The notes beneath the pieces were generated by a model. It saw only the letters and a program-made list of their open reading frames with translations. It was not told the origin of the DNA and made no database searches. 64,000 bases of DNA, from positions 27,410 through 91,409 of IMG/VR virus record IMGVR_UViG_3300023174_000088, one strand, 5' to 3'. Below are positions 36,399 through 45,844 of this stretch, in pieces; position 1 is the first letter of the stretch, and each line of letters starts with the position of its first letter. The DNA is from a virus. Its lineage: Duplodnaviria; Heunggongvirae; Uroviricota; Caudoviricetes. Made by a program: the position numbers and the translations under genes.

Positions 36399-37126
36399 TA
36401 CCTGTAGATAGTTTATTATATAAGATTGACCAAAGACTAAATAAACTATCTACTAATGACCATCAACAGATTCAGTTAGAAGATAAGATTTTAGCTTTGA
36501 ATGAAGCTCAAATCAAGCTCATCAAACAAAAGATTGATGGCCAAAGCACATTGAGCGGTCTTGGATTTGATTCTTTTAAGAAACGTTATGAGGATCTGCA
36601 ATCACTGGTTGTCACATATGACAAAGGTGTTTTACCCTTGACAGAAGCAGATCCCTTGATAAATAGGTGGGAAGCTAGTACAGAAAAACTTGTTCCTAAA
36701 TATATGTTTTATGTAGATGCATATGTATTAGCGGACAAGGGTAGGTGTAAAGATAGAAAGATTTGGGTAAACAGAGACCTTGCTAAACATGGCGACACTC
36801 AGTTTATTTTAAACAACACCCATTATAAGCCTTCTTTCGAATATCAGGAAACATTCAATTGGCTTTCTTCTGATGCGATAAGTGTGTTTACAGATGGAAC
36901 ATTTACACCAAGCAATGTGTATATAATGTACATGCGCTACCCTGTGTATATAGATAAATCAGGGTATGTTAAGTTTGACGGAACACCTTCTACAGATGTG
37001 GATTGTGAACTAGAAACCTACCTGGAAGACGAACTTCTGGATTTGACAGTTCAAAACCTGGCTATGTACACTGAGAATCAATCTGCTGTGCAAAGCTCTG
37101 TATATAGAATTCAAACAAACGAATAA
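36395..37126 (+). CDS. Virion structural protein (243 aa)
   Basis: ORF with an ATGA overlap to the upstream gene. Confidence 0.5.
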   Translation: MIPVDSLLYKIDQRLNKLSTNDHQQIQLEDKILALNEAQIKLIKQKIDGQSTLSGLGFDSFKKRYEDLQSLVVTYDKGVLPLTEADPLINRWEASTEKLVPKYMFYVDAYVLADKGRCKDRKIWVNRDLAKHGDTQFILNNTHYKPSFEYQETFNWLSSDAISVFTDGTFTPSNVYIMYMRYPVYIDKSGYVKFDGTPSTDVDCELETYLEDELLDLTVQNLAMYTENQSAVQSSVYRIQTNE

Positions 37127-37155
37127 TTTTTTTCTAACAATTTAAATAAAAAACA

Positions 37156-38268
37156 ATGGCTGATTTTTCATTAACTACGCTCTTCGTAGTGCCAGTGGGG
37201 CAAACAACGTTCCCTAGCTCTGGATCTACGCAAGCACTTACAGCTGGTCAAGTTGGTATCTTTACTAACACCTATGCTGCCCCTACTGGAGTAAACGCAG
37301 CTGCTCAAGCTGCATCTCTGGCTGCTGTTCCCTATTTCTATGTTGCTCAAGGTAGAACAAACACTTACCTTCAAGGCTCTAAGCGTTCAGATAAGATTTC
37401 TGGTCGTTTGAACACAGGAAGCAAGAATGTTAACGTAACAGAATGGTACAAAACTGTAGGTAACGCAACTGCTGTTACACAAATTACAGAAGTTGATAAT
37501 TGGACTGTAAAATGTGGCGAAGTGGTAACACTTACGCTGCGTGCACACTCCAGCTATCTGGACACTCTGTATTTCAATGGTTTCACTCGCTCTGTAACTG
37601 TACAAGCTCCTTGCTGCGATTGTGGTGGTGATCCTTGCACTGATGTTGATGCTGAGGCTTTGGTTGCTCAGTTTATTACAAAACTGCAAGCAGGTGGTCC
37701 TGGTATCAACCCTGACAACATCACTCTCACTGACTTCTTCACTTTCACAAGCAGTGGAACTGGAGCTGCCACTAAACTGGTAATCACTGGTAAGGCGCTT
37801 ACAAGATACGCACAGCCTTGCGATGTTGCAGCATTTCCTTGGGAATATGACCGTATGTACTTCCGTACATTCGTGTACAGTGGTCCTGCCACTACAGCTG
37901 ACTTCATTGTTGCTGACAATTGTAATCCTGTTGCTGATGTAGCTGTCACTCAAAATGCCACTTACCCTAGCGGTAGTGCTGATGAGGTGATTCAACTCGA
38001 GAAAAACTTCTACAGCTACCAAGCTGGTTATCTGAAGCATCTGTACAGGATGGTTGGTTACAACGAGAACTTTGAAAGCTGGGTGACTAGCGGTACCGTG
38101 TATAACCTGTTCTACATCAAGTTCAACGAATACGATAGGACAGTTTACCAATGGGGTGATTATATCCACGAAGATTCTATGGTGATCATTGCTATTCCAC
38201 AAGGAGCTGGCTCAACTGCTCTTCAGACAATTCTTGAGGGTGCTTTAGGTACAGTGACTACTATATAA
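37156..38268 (+). CDS. Abundant structural protein candidate (370 aa, Ala/Thr/Ser-rich), possibly a major tail or capsid-associated protein
   Basis: Highly-expressed-type codon usage; followed by a strong terminator at 38296-38345. Confidence 0.5.
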   Translation: MADFSLTTLFVVPVGQTTFPSSGSTQALTAGQVGIFTNTYAAPTGVNAAAQAASLAAVPYFYVAQGRTNTYLQGSKRSDKISGRLNTGSKNVNVTEWYKTVGNATAVTQITEVDNWTVKCGEVVTLTLRAHSSYLDTLYFNGFTRSVTVQAPCCDCGGDPCTDVDAEALVAQFITKLQAGGPGINPDNITLTDFFTFTSSGTGAATKLVITGKALTRYAQPCDVAAFPWEYDRMYFRTFVYSGPATTADFIVADNCNPVADVAVTQNATYPSGSADEVIQLEKNFYSYQAGYLKHLYRMVGYNENFESWVTSGTVYNLFYIKFNEYDRTVYQWGDYIHEDSMVIIAIPQGAGSTALQTILEGALGTVTTI

Positions 38269-38295
38269 GAGGTAAATAACCACATCATATAACCT

Positions 38296-38345
38296 ATGCC
38301 AGAGGGTGAGAGGATCTTCTCAAAATCCTCTGGCATATTTATTTT
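38296..38345 (+). terminator. Strong terminator after the 370-aa structural gene
   Basis: ATGCCAGAGG-(21 nt)-CCTCTGGCAT 10-bp stem followed by ATTTATTTT. Confidence 0.55.
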
Positions 38346-38351
38346 AAGAAC

Positions 38352-38915
38352 ATGGCAGATTTAAAATTAGATATATTAGTCATTCCTTTATACGATAAGC
38401 TTGTATTAGGAATTGCTGATGCATCCACCTACCCAGCCTCTCCAGCAGTATCTTCACCAACAATAGAAATCACAATTCCAGGATTTGATAAAGTAGTTCT
38501 TCCATTTAACAAAGACGATTTTAATGTATTTAATTCTACATCATTAGGACTAACAGCTGTAGAGGATCCTTTACTACCTCTTCCTGATGGTGTGTACACG
38601 ATTAGATATTCTGTAACCCCTGCTTACAAGAACTTTGTACAGAAAACCATCATGCGTGTTGAACAACTCCAAGAAAGGTTTGATGAGGCATTCATGAAGC
38701 TCGATATGATGCAGTGTGACATGGCTATAAAAACCCAACAGAAAGTGGAATTGAACAGCATATATTTCTTCATCCAGGGAGCGATTGCTGCAGCTAACAA
38801 CTGCGCTATAGAGGCATCAAACAGACTATACAACCAAGCAAGCAAGATGTTGAACAACTTCATGAGAAATGGTTGTCGTTGTTCTGGAAACAATTATATA
38901 ACAAACTTTCATTAA
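38352..38915 (+). CDS. Structural or assembly protein (187 aa)
   Basis: ORF. Confidence 0.45.
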   Translation: MADLKLDILVIPLYDKLVLGIADASTYPASPAVSSPTIEITIPGFDKVVLPFNKDDFNVFNSTSLGLTAVEDPLLPLPDGVYTIRYSVTPAYKNFVQKTIMRVEQLQERFDEAFMKLDMMQCDMAIKTQQKVELNSIYFFIQGAIAAANNCAIEASNRLYNQASKMLNNFMRNGCRCSGNNYITNFH

Positions 38916-38918
38916 TAT

Positions 38919-39095
38919 ATGGCAAGTTGTAGAAATTGTAATGCAAAGGTTGGCTGTGGATGTCAATTGATTAATGGCCTTTGTGCATATTGTCATGGAC
39001 AATTAACCAAAGGAATAAATAAGTTTAAAAAATGCTATATCCAAAACCCTCAAATTGCGTTGGTTGCAATATACCTGAATTACTTTCTGACATAG
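38919..39095 (+). CDS. Small Cys-rich zinc-ribbon-like protein (58 aa; MASCRNCNAKVGCGCQLINGLCAYCHG...), hand-translated
   Basis: Four CxxC-like pairs. Confidence 0.35.
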   Translation: MASCRNCNAKVGCGCQLINGLCAYCHGQLTKGINKFKKCYIQNPQIALVAIYLNYFLT

Positions 39096-39295
39096 ATTGT
39101 AAGCTTTCTGATCTTGGAGATGACCTGTACAATAACATATCTTTCGCTTTGAACAGGTCTGTTCCTTCTGAGGTGTTTATCGACTTACTAAACTATAAAA
39201 GAATATTAACATCCAAATTGTGCAACTCAAGCTATGCAAGTTGTTTCTCAGTGGAACAAATTGCTAGTAGGGTAAAACTTTTAAAATATAAATAA
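39032..39295 (+). CDS. Small Cys-containing protein (87 aa) overlapping the previous small ORF
   Basis: ORF with CVGC and CxxxxxC. Confidence 0.35.
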   Translation: MLYPKPSNCVGCNIPELLSDIDCKLSDLGDDLYNNISFALNRSVPSEVFIDLLNYKRILTSKLCNSSYASCFSVEQIASRVKLLKYK

Positions 39296-40393
39296 ATGTC
39301 AAATTGTTCAAATTGCTTTAATGGATGTGCAGAGATAGTTTCTGATAGATGTGTTAGATATACTGGTGTTGACGTTGCTGTTCTTGGAATAAAATCTGGG
39401 GACAGTTTGTCGTTTGTAGAACAGGCCCTGATAACATTTCTCACTTCTACATTGGATGGGACAGGTGTAAAGCCTGACATCAGCGCTTCAATAATTTGTG
39501 AATTGGTTAAAAAATATCTTCCTGATTGTGAAGATTTGAATGCCACCAACCTCTTTACAGCCCTTATAAAAGCTGCTTGTGAACTTCAACAAGAAATAGA
39601 TATAATAGGAGGACTCATTGCTGATTTAGAAGCTCCTTATCAAACAGGATGTCTTACAGTTGCTCCTGGAAACTCTGTAACACATAGAGTGTTACAAGCT
39701 GTTATTACAAAGCTCTGCACACTAGAAACTTCTCTGGCAGCTCTTGCCCTGAATGTAAGCACAAACTATGTGAAGCTTGCAGACTTAAACACTCTGATAC
39801 AAAACTATCTCAACAGCATATCTGCCACAACACAGCAGTATACGAAGATGGTTCCCTACACTGTTGTAGAATATTACGGACCTCTCAGCAATTTTAATGG
39901 TGCTGGTGTAGGACTTGCTTCTGCAGGATTTGATAAAATCTACATATGTAATGGGCAGAATGGCACTCCAGATAAGAGAGGTAGGGTTGGTGTTGGAGCT
40001 ATACAAGGTGTTCCTGGCGGAGGACCTCTTGATGCAGCAGTAGATCCTTCCCTTACCATATCAAATCCAAACTACGCACTGAATACAAAAGCAGGAGCCA
40101 ACGCTATAACTCTCGCTGCTTCTCAAATCCCTTCACACACGCACACAGCCACTTCCACCGTAATTGAACCAAATAGTGGACAAGGTCACAGACATGATTT
40201 TATTGGTGTTGATACAGTTGATACTGCTGGTGGTTCTAGTAGTACCAGAAGATGTGGTGATTTTACAAAACAAACATCGTATGCTACAACAGGAATTACT
40301 GTTAACACTGCTATAGGTAATACAGGAAGCGGACAATCTCATGCTAATATTCAGCCTGTTCTTGCTTGCTATTATATAATGTACATTCCTTAA
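39296..40393 (+). CDS. Tail fibre protein with a C-terminal phage tail-collar-type domain
   Basis: C-terminal SQIPSHTHT...GNTGSGQSHANIQPVLACYYIMYI matches the tail-collar consensus (HxH...GGGQAHNNMQPYLALNYII). Confidence 0.65.
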   Translation: MSNCSNCFNGCAEIVSDRCVRYTGVDVAVLGIKSGDSLSFVEQALITFLTSTLDGTGVKPDISASIICELVKKYLPDCEDLNATNLFTALIKAACELQQEIDIIGGLIADLEAPYQTGCLTVAPGNSVTHRVLQAVITKLCTLETSLAALALNVSTNYVKLADLNTLIQNYLNSISATTQQYTKMVPYTVVEYYGPLSNFNGAGVGLASAGFDKIYICNGQNGTPDKRGRVGVGAIQGVPGGGPLDAAVDPSLTISNPNYALNTKAGANAITLAASQIPSHTHTATSTVIEPNSGQGHRHDFIGVDTVDTAGGSSSTRRCGDFTKQTSYATTGITVNTAIGNTGSGQSHANIQPVLACYYIMYIP

Positions 40394-40412
40394 TATTCAT
40401 AAATCTATATAA

Positions 40413-42272
40413 ATGTCTTGCTTACCACATATGCCTTGTTACTCTGTAACAACGTCTTTCCCGAGCGCATGCTCCTCTTGCAATAACAATAACGTCAACT
40501 CTGACCTGGTAATCTACACTGGGGCTAACCTGGCATGCTCAGGCATAAACACTTGTGACACGCTCACTACATCCATCCAGAAGCTGGATGAAAAGATATG
40601 TGAAACTCAAGATGGGGTGTTGGCAATCAATGGTGTAAACAGAAGTGGAAATTTCATCAAACTTGGAGGACCGCTTACAGAGGCTACAGTGATAACCACC
40701 ACCTCTGCAAACACTCTGTCAATCCTCAACCTTGAGACAGATAACATACCGCAATACCTTGTGTCTTTGAGCAATGGTATTTTAAGAAAAACCACCTACC
40801 AAACCATTCTCAATTTCCTTACAGCTGATAATGGTATTACAAAAACACTGAATAACTTCAGGCTGGGAGGCACACTCGTAGTTCCAACTACAATCGTTAC
40901 AGATGCAGTGAACACCTTGTCAATTACAGGATTGGTTACCAATCCAGCTCCTGATTTCGTATTGACAGAAACTACAGCAGGCGTTGTACAGAGGACTGCT
41001 CTGTCCTCAATAATCCCAACTCCTGTAACTATTAATGCAGACAATGGTCTCAACAAAACAATAAGTAACGTTATCCAACTTGGAGGACAGTTGATAATTC
41101 CTAACACAAGTATTGATACAAGCTCAACCAACACTCTTTCCATCACAGGACTTAATTCCTTTGCTAAGCTCCCCGATTTCATACTTACAGAAACCAGTGG
41201 AGAGGTGGTTGAGAAAGTTGATCCACAAGAGATATTAGATGCTGCAGCTGCCCTCATTACAGCAAACAACGGATTAACAAAAACAATAAGTAATGTCATC
41301 CAACTCGGAGGATCGCTTCTTGCTAACACAACTGTACCAATTGGTGGATATACACTTACGTTTCGAGACTCAGCTTCTAGCGGAACAGGTATGGACATTA
41401 ACTGCTCTACATCAGTGTCAGCAGGAGGTTTCCCACGTAATAATTTTTATGGGAGAAACTTTTTTGAAAATCATGTTGGCATACGTACATATCCTGATGG
41501 GTTTTCTGGAGCAACTACTGATATTCCTTTGAAGGTTGAAAAGGCAGGACAGTTTGTTCCATTAGATGCATTTGTAGCTGGCACAGACTCAGTGCTGAGT
41601 ATGGTTACACCTGGCATAGGAATTTCTGGTACTAGAATCTATGCAGGTGGTGTTGACAGGATGTATTACAATGTTCAAGGTAACCAAACTCTTGCTCCAC
41701 TTTCTATATTCTCTGGACATTTGGCATACTTTCAATATTTGTCCCCTAATACTACATCTGGACCTACTCTCCAAGTAGCAAATTGCTCTGCTAGCGCTGC
41801 TCAGGCTTACTTCACAAGCGGTGGAACTTTAGACAGGATTATAGCTTACAGGGCTATGAACCCTATTTCTGATCCAATCTCTCCATTTGTAGGAACTATT
41901 ACAGAGGTTGTAGGTGTACAGATTGAAGATCAAAGATCGGACACACTGTTGCAACCACGCATAGGTTCTGGAGGAACTTATGGCATTAAGCAACTTGGTG
42001 CTTCTGACAGAAACTATTTCAATGGAACATTCCAGATTCCAAGTACGAATCTGTCCATGGGAACAGCTACATTAGTTGCTGGTACAGTTACCGTTGCTAC
42101 CACTGCTGTTAAAATTGGAAGTAGAATATTCCTATCTGTCAACACCCCTGGTGGAACTCAAGGTTTCTTGTCAGCTCCTTCAGCATCAATAATTAACAAT
42201 TCATCATTTGTAATAAATTCAACAAATGCTGCAGATACATCGACAGTTAACTGGTGGGTAATCAATAGTTAA
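40413..42272 (+). CDS. Tail fibre or tail spike protein with four internal repeats of about 60 aa
   Basis: Repeated NGxTKTxxNxxxLGGxLxxPxT...NTLSITGL units visible at both protein and DNA level (e.g. 41041-41110 and 41266-41330). Confidence 0.6.
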   Translation: MSCLPHMPCYSVTTSFPSACSSCNNNNVNSDLVIYTGANLACSGINTCDTLTTSIQKLDEKICETQDGVLAINGVNRSGNFIKLGGPLTEATVITTTSANTLSILNLETDNIPQYLVSLSNGILRKTTYQTILNFLTADNGITKTLNNFRLGGTLVVPTTIVTDAVNTLSITGLVTNPAPDFVLTETTAGVVQRTALSSIIPTPVTINADNGLNKTISNVIQLGGQLIIPNTSIDTSSTNTLSITGLNSFAKLPDFILTETSGEVVEKVDPQEILDAAAALITANNGLTKTISNVIQLGGSLLANTTVPIGGYTLTFRDSASSGTGMDINCSTSVSAGGFPRNNFYGRNFFENHVGIRTYPDGFSGATTDIPLKVEKAGQFVPLDAFVAGTDSVLSMVTPGIGISGTRIYAGGVDRMYYNVQGNQTLAPLSIFSGHLAYFQYLSPNTTSGPTLQVANCSASAAQAYFTSGGTLDRIIAYRAMNPISDPISPFVGTITEVVGVQIEDQRSDTLLQPRIGSGGTYGIKQLGASDRNYFNGTFQIPSTNLSMGTATLVAGTVTVATTAVKIGSRIFLSVNTPGGTQGFLSAPSASIINNSSFVINSTNAADTSTVNWWVINS

Positions 42273-42471
42273 TGCATACACCCTATTTTAATATATTAGT
42301 AGATTTTTTTGGTTTTTCTACTAATTCGCAAACATCCCTGGCATTTCTATGCTGGGGATTGTTATTTTATAATTAATTTGGTTAATCTATATAACCTTGC
42401 TAGTTAAATTAATTTGGTATATTTAAAAATAAACCCTATCTTTAGTATATTTTTTAACTAAAAAAACCTAT

Positions 42472-43707
42472 ATGTCATTTAATCAAGGGCTGATTTACAA
42501 GCTGGAACAAATGTTACATTGGAAAAAAAGCAGAAAGTTCTATGCTGAAAAGTTGGGTGTCACTGAAGATGCTATAGATGAGATGTTGAAAGAACTAAAA
42601 GATAAAGAGGACGTAAGAAATGATGCGGAAATAGGAAATTACATAGGAGAACTTGAAGAAGCCTACATGAAGGTGAACAATGAAAGAGGCACCCTAGAGT
42701 CAGTTGTAGAGACTGACTTTGAGCCAAAAGACGATGTTGAACTGGCTAAGCTTCACAAAGTCAACCTAGATAAGTATAAGATATCAAACTACTGGACTAA
42801 ACGAAAATCTAACGGGAAATTCACATCCTCTGTATTCGCAACTCTCAGGCAACCAAAGGATTACACAGCAGAAGATTTTGCCAAGTTTCTCGAAAACTAT
42901 GTTCCTAAAGATGTAATAGTTGTAGAAACTGCCTCAAAGCCTAGATATCTGGAAACTGTAGATGTGGAGATTTCAATTGCAGATTTCCACCTAGCAAAGA
43001 AAACTCTTGAGAACGATACGATTGAAGACAGAAAGATACAATACGTTGGTGTATTGACAGATCTTATAGATAAGGTGAGAGGCTCATTTGTCATAAACAA
43101 GATAGCCTTTCCCATTTCAAATGACTTCTTCCATACAGACAACTACCAAAACTCAACAACAAATGGCACTCCACAAGATGTGTTGGTTGGGTATGACCAT
43201 GAATACGAAGAGGGATTTGACCTGTTAGTTACAGCCATTACACATCTGAAGACGGTGGCTGATGAGGTGGAAGTTATCCTGGTTCAGGGTAATCATGACC
43301 GCACAAAGTCTTTTTACCTTGCTCATGCTCTAGAGATATTCTTCAAGGAGTGCTGCAATGTCAAATTTCAGAGAAACCATTCTACAACAAAATCTACAGT
43401 GCTTGGTAATACATTCATTGGATATCACCACGGTAATTGTAAGATTGACGAGCTCCCTCTCCTGTTCGCTACAGGAAAAGACTCTTTCCAGTTTGGAATA
43501 GCTGACTACAGAGAGGTGCATACGGGGGACAAGCACCACTACATGGCTAAAGAGGTGAAAGGGGTGAGGATACAACAAATGCCTTCCTTGTCAGGTACTG
43601 ACAGGTGGCATGCTGACCACAACTTTGTTCATTCTATCAGAGCAGGACTTGCGCTTGTATATCACCCCACGCAAGGCAAGATTGCTGAATATGAATCAAG
43701 ACTATAA
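42472..43707 (+). CDS. Calcineurin-like metallophosphoesterase motif-containing protein (411 aa)
   Basis: EVILVQGNHDR (GNHD motif) and GDKHH; N-terminal region with no recognised match. Confidence 0.4.
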   Translation: MSFNQGLIYKLEQMLHWKKSRKFYAEKLGVTEDAIDEMLKELKDKEDVRNDAEIGNYIGELEEAYMKVNNERGTLESVVETDFEPKDDVELAKLHKVNLDKYKISNYWTKRKSNGKFTSSVFATLRQPKDYTAEDFAKFLENYVPKDVIVVETASKPRYLETVDVEISIADFHLAKKTLENDTIEDRKIQYVGVLTDLIDKVRGSFVINKIAFPISNDFFHTDNYQNSTTNGTPQDVLVGYDHEYEEGFDLLVTAITHLKTVADEVEVILVQGNHDRTKSFYLAHALEIFFKECCNVKFQRNHSTTKSTVLGNTFIGYHHGNCKIDELPLLFATGKDSFQFGIADYREVHTGDKHHYMAKEVKGVRIQQMPSLSGTDRWHADHNFVHSIRAGLALVYHPTQGKIAEYESRL

Positions 43708-43712
43708 AATCT

Positions 43713-44441
43713 ATGGCAACTTTAAGAAAATTGGTTTCGGATGTACGTGGAATGCACAAGCTGCTTTCTACAGACAGTCTCATTACAGATCGTGTGATTG
43801 CTTCTGAAATTAAAAACAATACACTCCTTCTTGTAAAGAGAGAAACCAATCTTAGAAAGCTCTGGGCTACAAGCACAATATTCACCACCATTCCCTGTCT
43901 GGAGATGGTGGAAGTTCCTATTTCTGAATGTTGCGGATATGCAGACCCCTGCAATGTTGCAAGGAGCAAATTCAAGCTTCCAAGAATAGCAGAGGGCAAC
44001 TACCAATATCTGATTCAAGGTGTGTATTCAATCAATGCAATGAGTGGGAATGGAAAGAAGATTAAAGAAATTACAATCAACAGATATATAAACCTTCTTA
44101 AACTACCCATCATAAAGAATGAGGAATACTACTGGGTGGTGAACGACTACCTCTATGTAAGCAATCCTCTTCTTAAATCTGTAAGAATCTCTGCATTTTT
44201 TGAATCAGATGTGCCCAATGAGATTCTCTATCCAGAGTGCGACTGTGGTGGTCTGGAACCAACTGTGGAAGATTTGTGCACAAATCCTCTAGACAAGGAA
44301 TATGGTCTTCCTGGCTATCTTGAGAAGCAGGTGTTGGAACTCGTCTCACAGAAACTGCTCTCTACATATTTCAAAATTAAAACAGATCTTACAGAGGATG
44401 GTATAGATGGTCAGGCATCTAATGCGCCAAATGGAAAGTGA
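43713..44441 (+). CDS. Structural protein (242 aa)
   Basis: ORF. Confidence 0.45.
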   Translation: MATLRKLVSDVRGMHKLLSTDSLITDRVIASEIKNNTLLLVKRETNLRKLWATSTIFTTIPCLEMVEVPISECCGYADPCNVARSKFKLPRIAEGNYQYLIQGVYSINAMSGNGKKIKEITINRYINLLKLPIIKNEEYYWVVNDYLYVSNPLLKSVRISAFFESDVPNEILYPECDCGGLEPTVEDLCTNPLDKEYGLPGYLEKQVLELVSQKLLSTYFKIKTDLTEDGIDGQASNAPNGK

Positions 44442-44914
44442 TGAGAACCAAAATAGACTGGAGATCCGCAAGCAAGGAAAACTACAACAATTTCTGTAAG
44501 AAACACCCCACAATAAAACTTACGTTTGATCAGTGGAGGCACATCATCTACACCTATACAGATTCTTTTAAAAACTATATACTAGAGACAGGAGAAAGAG
44601 CCAAACTTCCGTATGGGTTTGGTGAGTTTTCAATCAATAAGAAGAAAAGAAGAAGGCTCAAAGGACTGAAGGATGAATTCGTAAATCTCCCTGTAGACTG
44701 GAAAAAGACCAAGGAAAAGGGCAAGATCATCTACAATTTCAATTTCCATACAGAGGGTTTCTTCTTTGGATGGATGTGGTTTAAAGACACAGCAAGGCTG
44801 AGACACACAGACCTTTGGTATTTTAAACCCTCAAGAACCACCTCCAGGCTACTGTCTCACTACCTAAAAACCGATGACAAGTATCAACATTTGTATCACC
44901 AATGGAAAACTTAA
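44438..44914 (+). CDS. Basic hypothetical protein (158 aa)
   Basis: ORF with an ATGA overlap to the upstream gene. Confidence 0.45.
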   Translation: MMRTKIDWRSASKENYNNFCKKHPTIKLTFDQWRHIIYTYTDSFKNYILETGERAKLPYGFGEFSINKKKRRRLKGLKDEFVNLPVDWKKTKEKGKIIYNFNFHTEGFFFGWMWFKDTARLRHTDLWYFKPSRTTSRLLSHYLKTDDKYQHLYHQWKT

Positions 44915-44918
44915 TTAA

Positions 44919-45842
44919 ATGTCCTACTACTATAAATACAATTTCACATCCCCTGAAATAGTTTATTCTACAGTGAAAGAAGAGCTTAAGAGCTACTTCG
45001 ATACAGGAGCTGTAGATGACCTTATGTTCCCCACCTATCTTGACAAGTGTTTGAGAAAACTGGGAAGGGCTACATATGTAATAACTGAAACATTGTTGGA
45101 CATTGAGGATTTTGAAGCCAGACTGCCAGATAACTTCTTTGCTGTAAGAGAAGCATGGCTTTGTACAGATGTAAATGCATTCCCCTATCAGACAGCCAAC
45201 TCTTTCTATTCCCAAGCAGCTTCACAGACAACAATACAGGTGAGTCCTGTAATTTCTAATGGTGTTCCTTGTACAAACCCAGAATGTACAACAGGTTGTC
45301 CTGTGTGTATGCCTGAGTTGATACAGGCTGTGTATAAGACAAACAATTCAATGGCAAGGACTTACACAAAGCAATATCTCCTTAAGCCAGGAAACATCTC
45401 TGTAAGAGCAAATTGCACTCTTGATTGCATAAACCTTGGAAGCTCTTCCCCTGATTCGTTTGACATCAGAGACAACAAATTTGTAACCAATTTCAGAAAT
45501 GGCCATGTCTATCTCATATTCTACGCTACAGAGTATGATGACCTTGGAAACCAAATGATCCCAGACAACTATCGTATAAGGGAATATGTAGAAGCGTTCA
45601 TTAAATACAAGGTGTTTGAAACACTCACGAACCAGACAAATGATGAAACCTTCCAGCAGCTACAGCAGAAGCTTGCTTATTACAAGCAGCTGTCTGATGA
45701 AGCATTCATTATGGCTGATATAGAGATTAAGAAACAAGATGTGTACGCTAAGCAAAGAAGAATCAAACAAGATTTGAATAGGTTCAACATGTATGAACTT
45801 CCGAACAGAACCAACAGATATGGTTGGAGAAGAAATAACTAA
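44919..45842 (+). CDS. Structural protein (307 aa)
   Basis: ORF. Confidence 0.45.
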   Translation: MSYYYKYNFTSPEIVYSTVKEELKSYFDTGAVDDLMFPTYLDKCLRKLGRATYVITETLLDIEDFEARLPDNFFAVREAWLCTDVNAFPYQTANSFYSQAASQTTIQVSPVISNGVPCTNPECTTGCPVCMPELIQAVYKTNNSMARTYTKQYLLKPGNISVRANCTLDCINLGSSSPDSFDIRDNKFVTNFRNGHVYLIFYATEYDDLGNQMIPDNYRIREYVEAFIKYKVFETLTNQTNDETFQQLQQKLAYYKQLSDEAFIMADIEIKKQDVYAKQRRIKQDLNRFNMYELPNRTNRYGWRRNN

Positions 45843-45844
45843 TC

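Noticed and set aside
39021-39035. Programmed -1 ribosomal frameshift joining the two Cys-rich small ORFs at the A-run
   Set aside because: In the zero frame the codons read aag-ttt-aaa-aaa-tgc, which does not form a canonical X_XXY_YYZ slippery heptamer. Overlapping independent genes is the simpler explanation.
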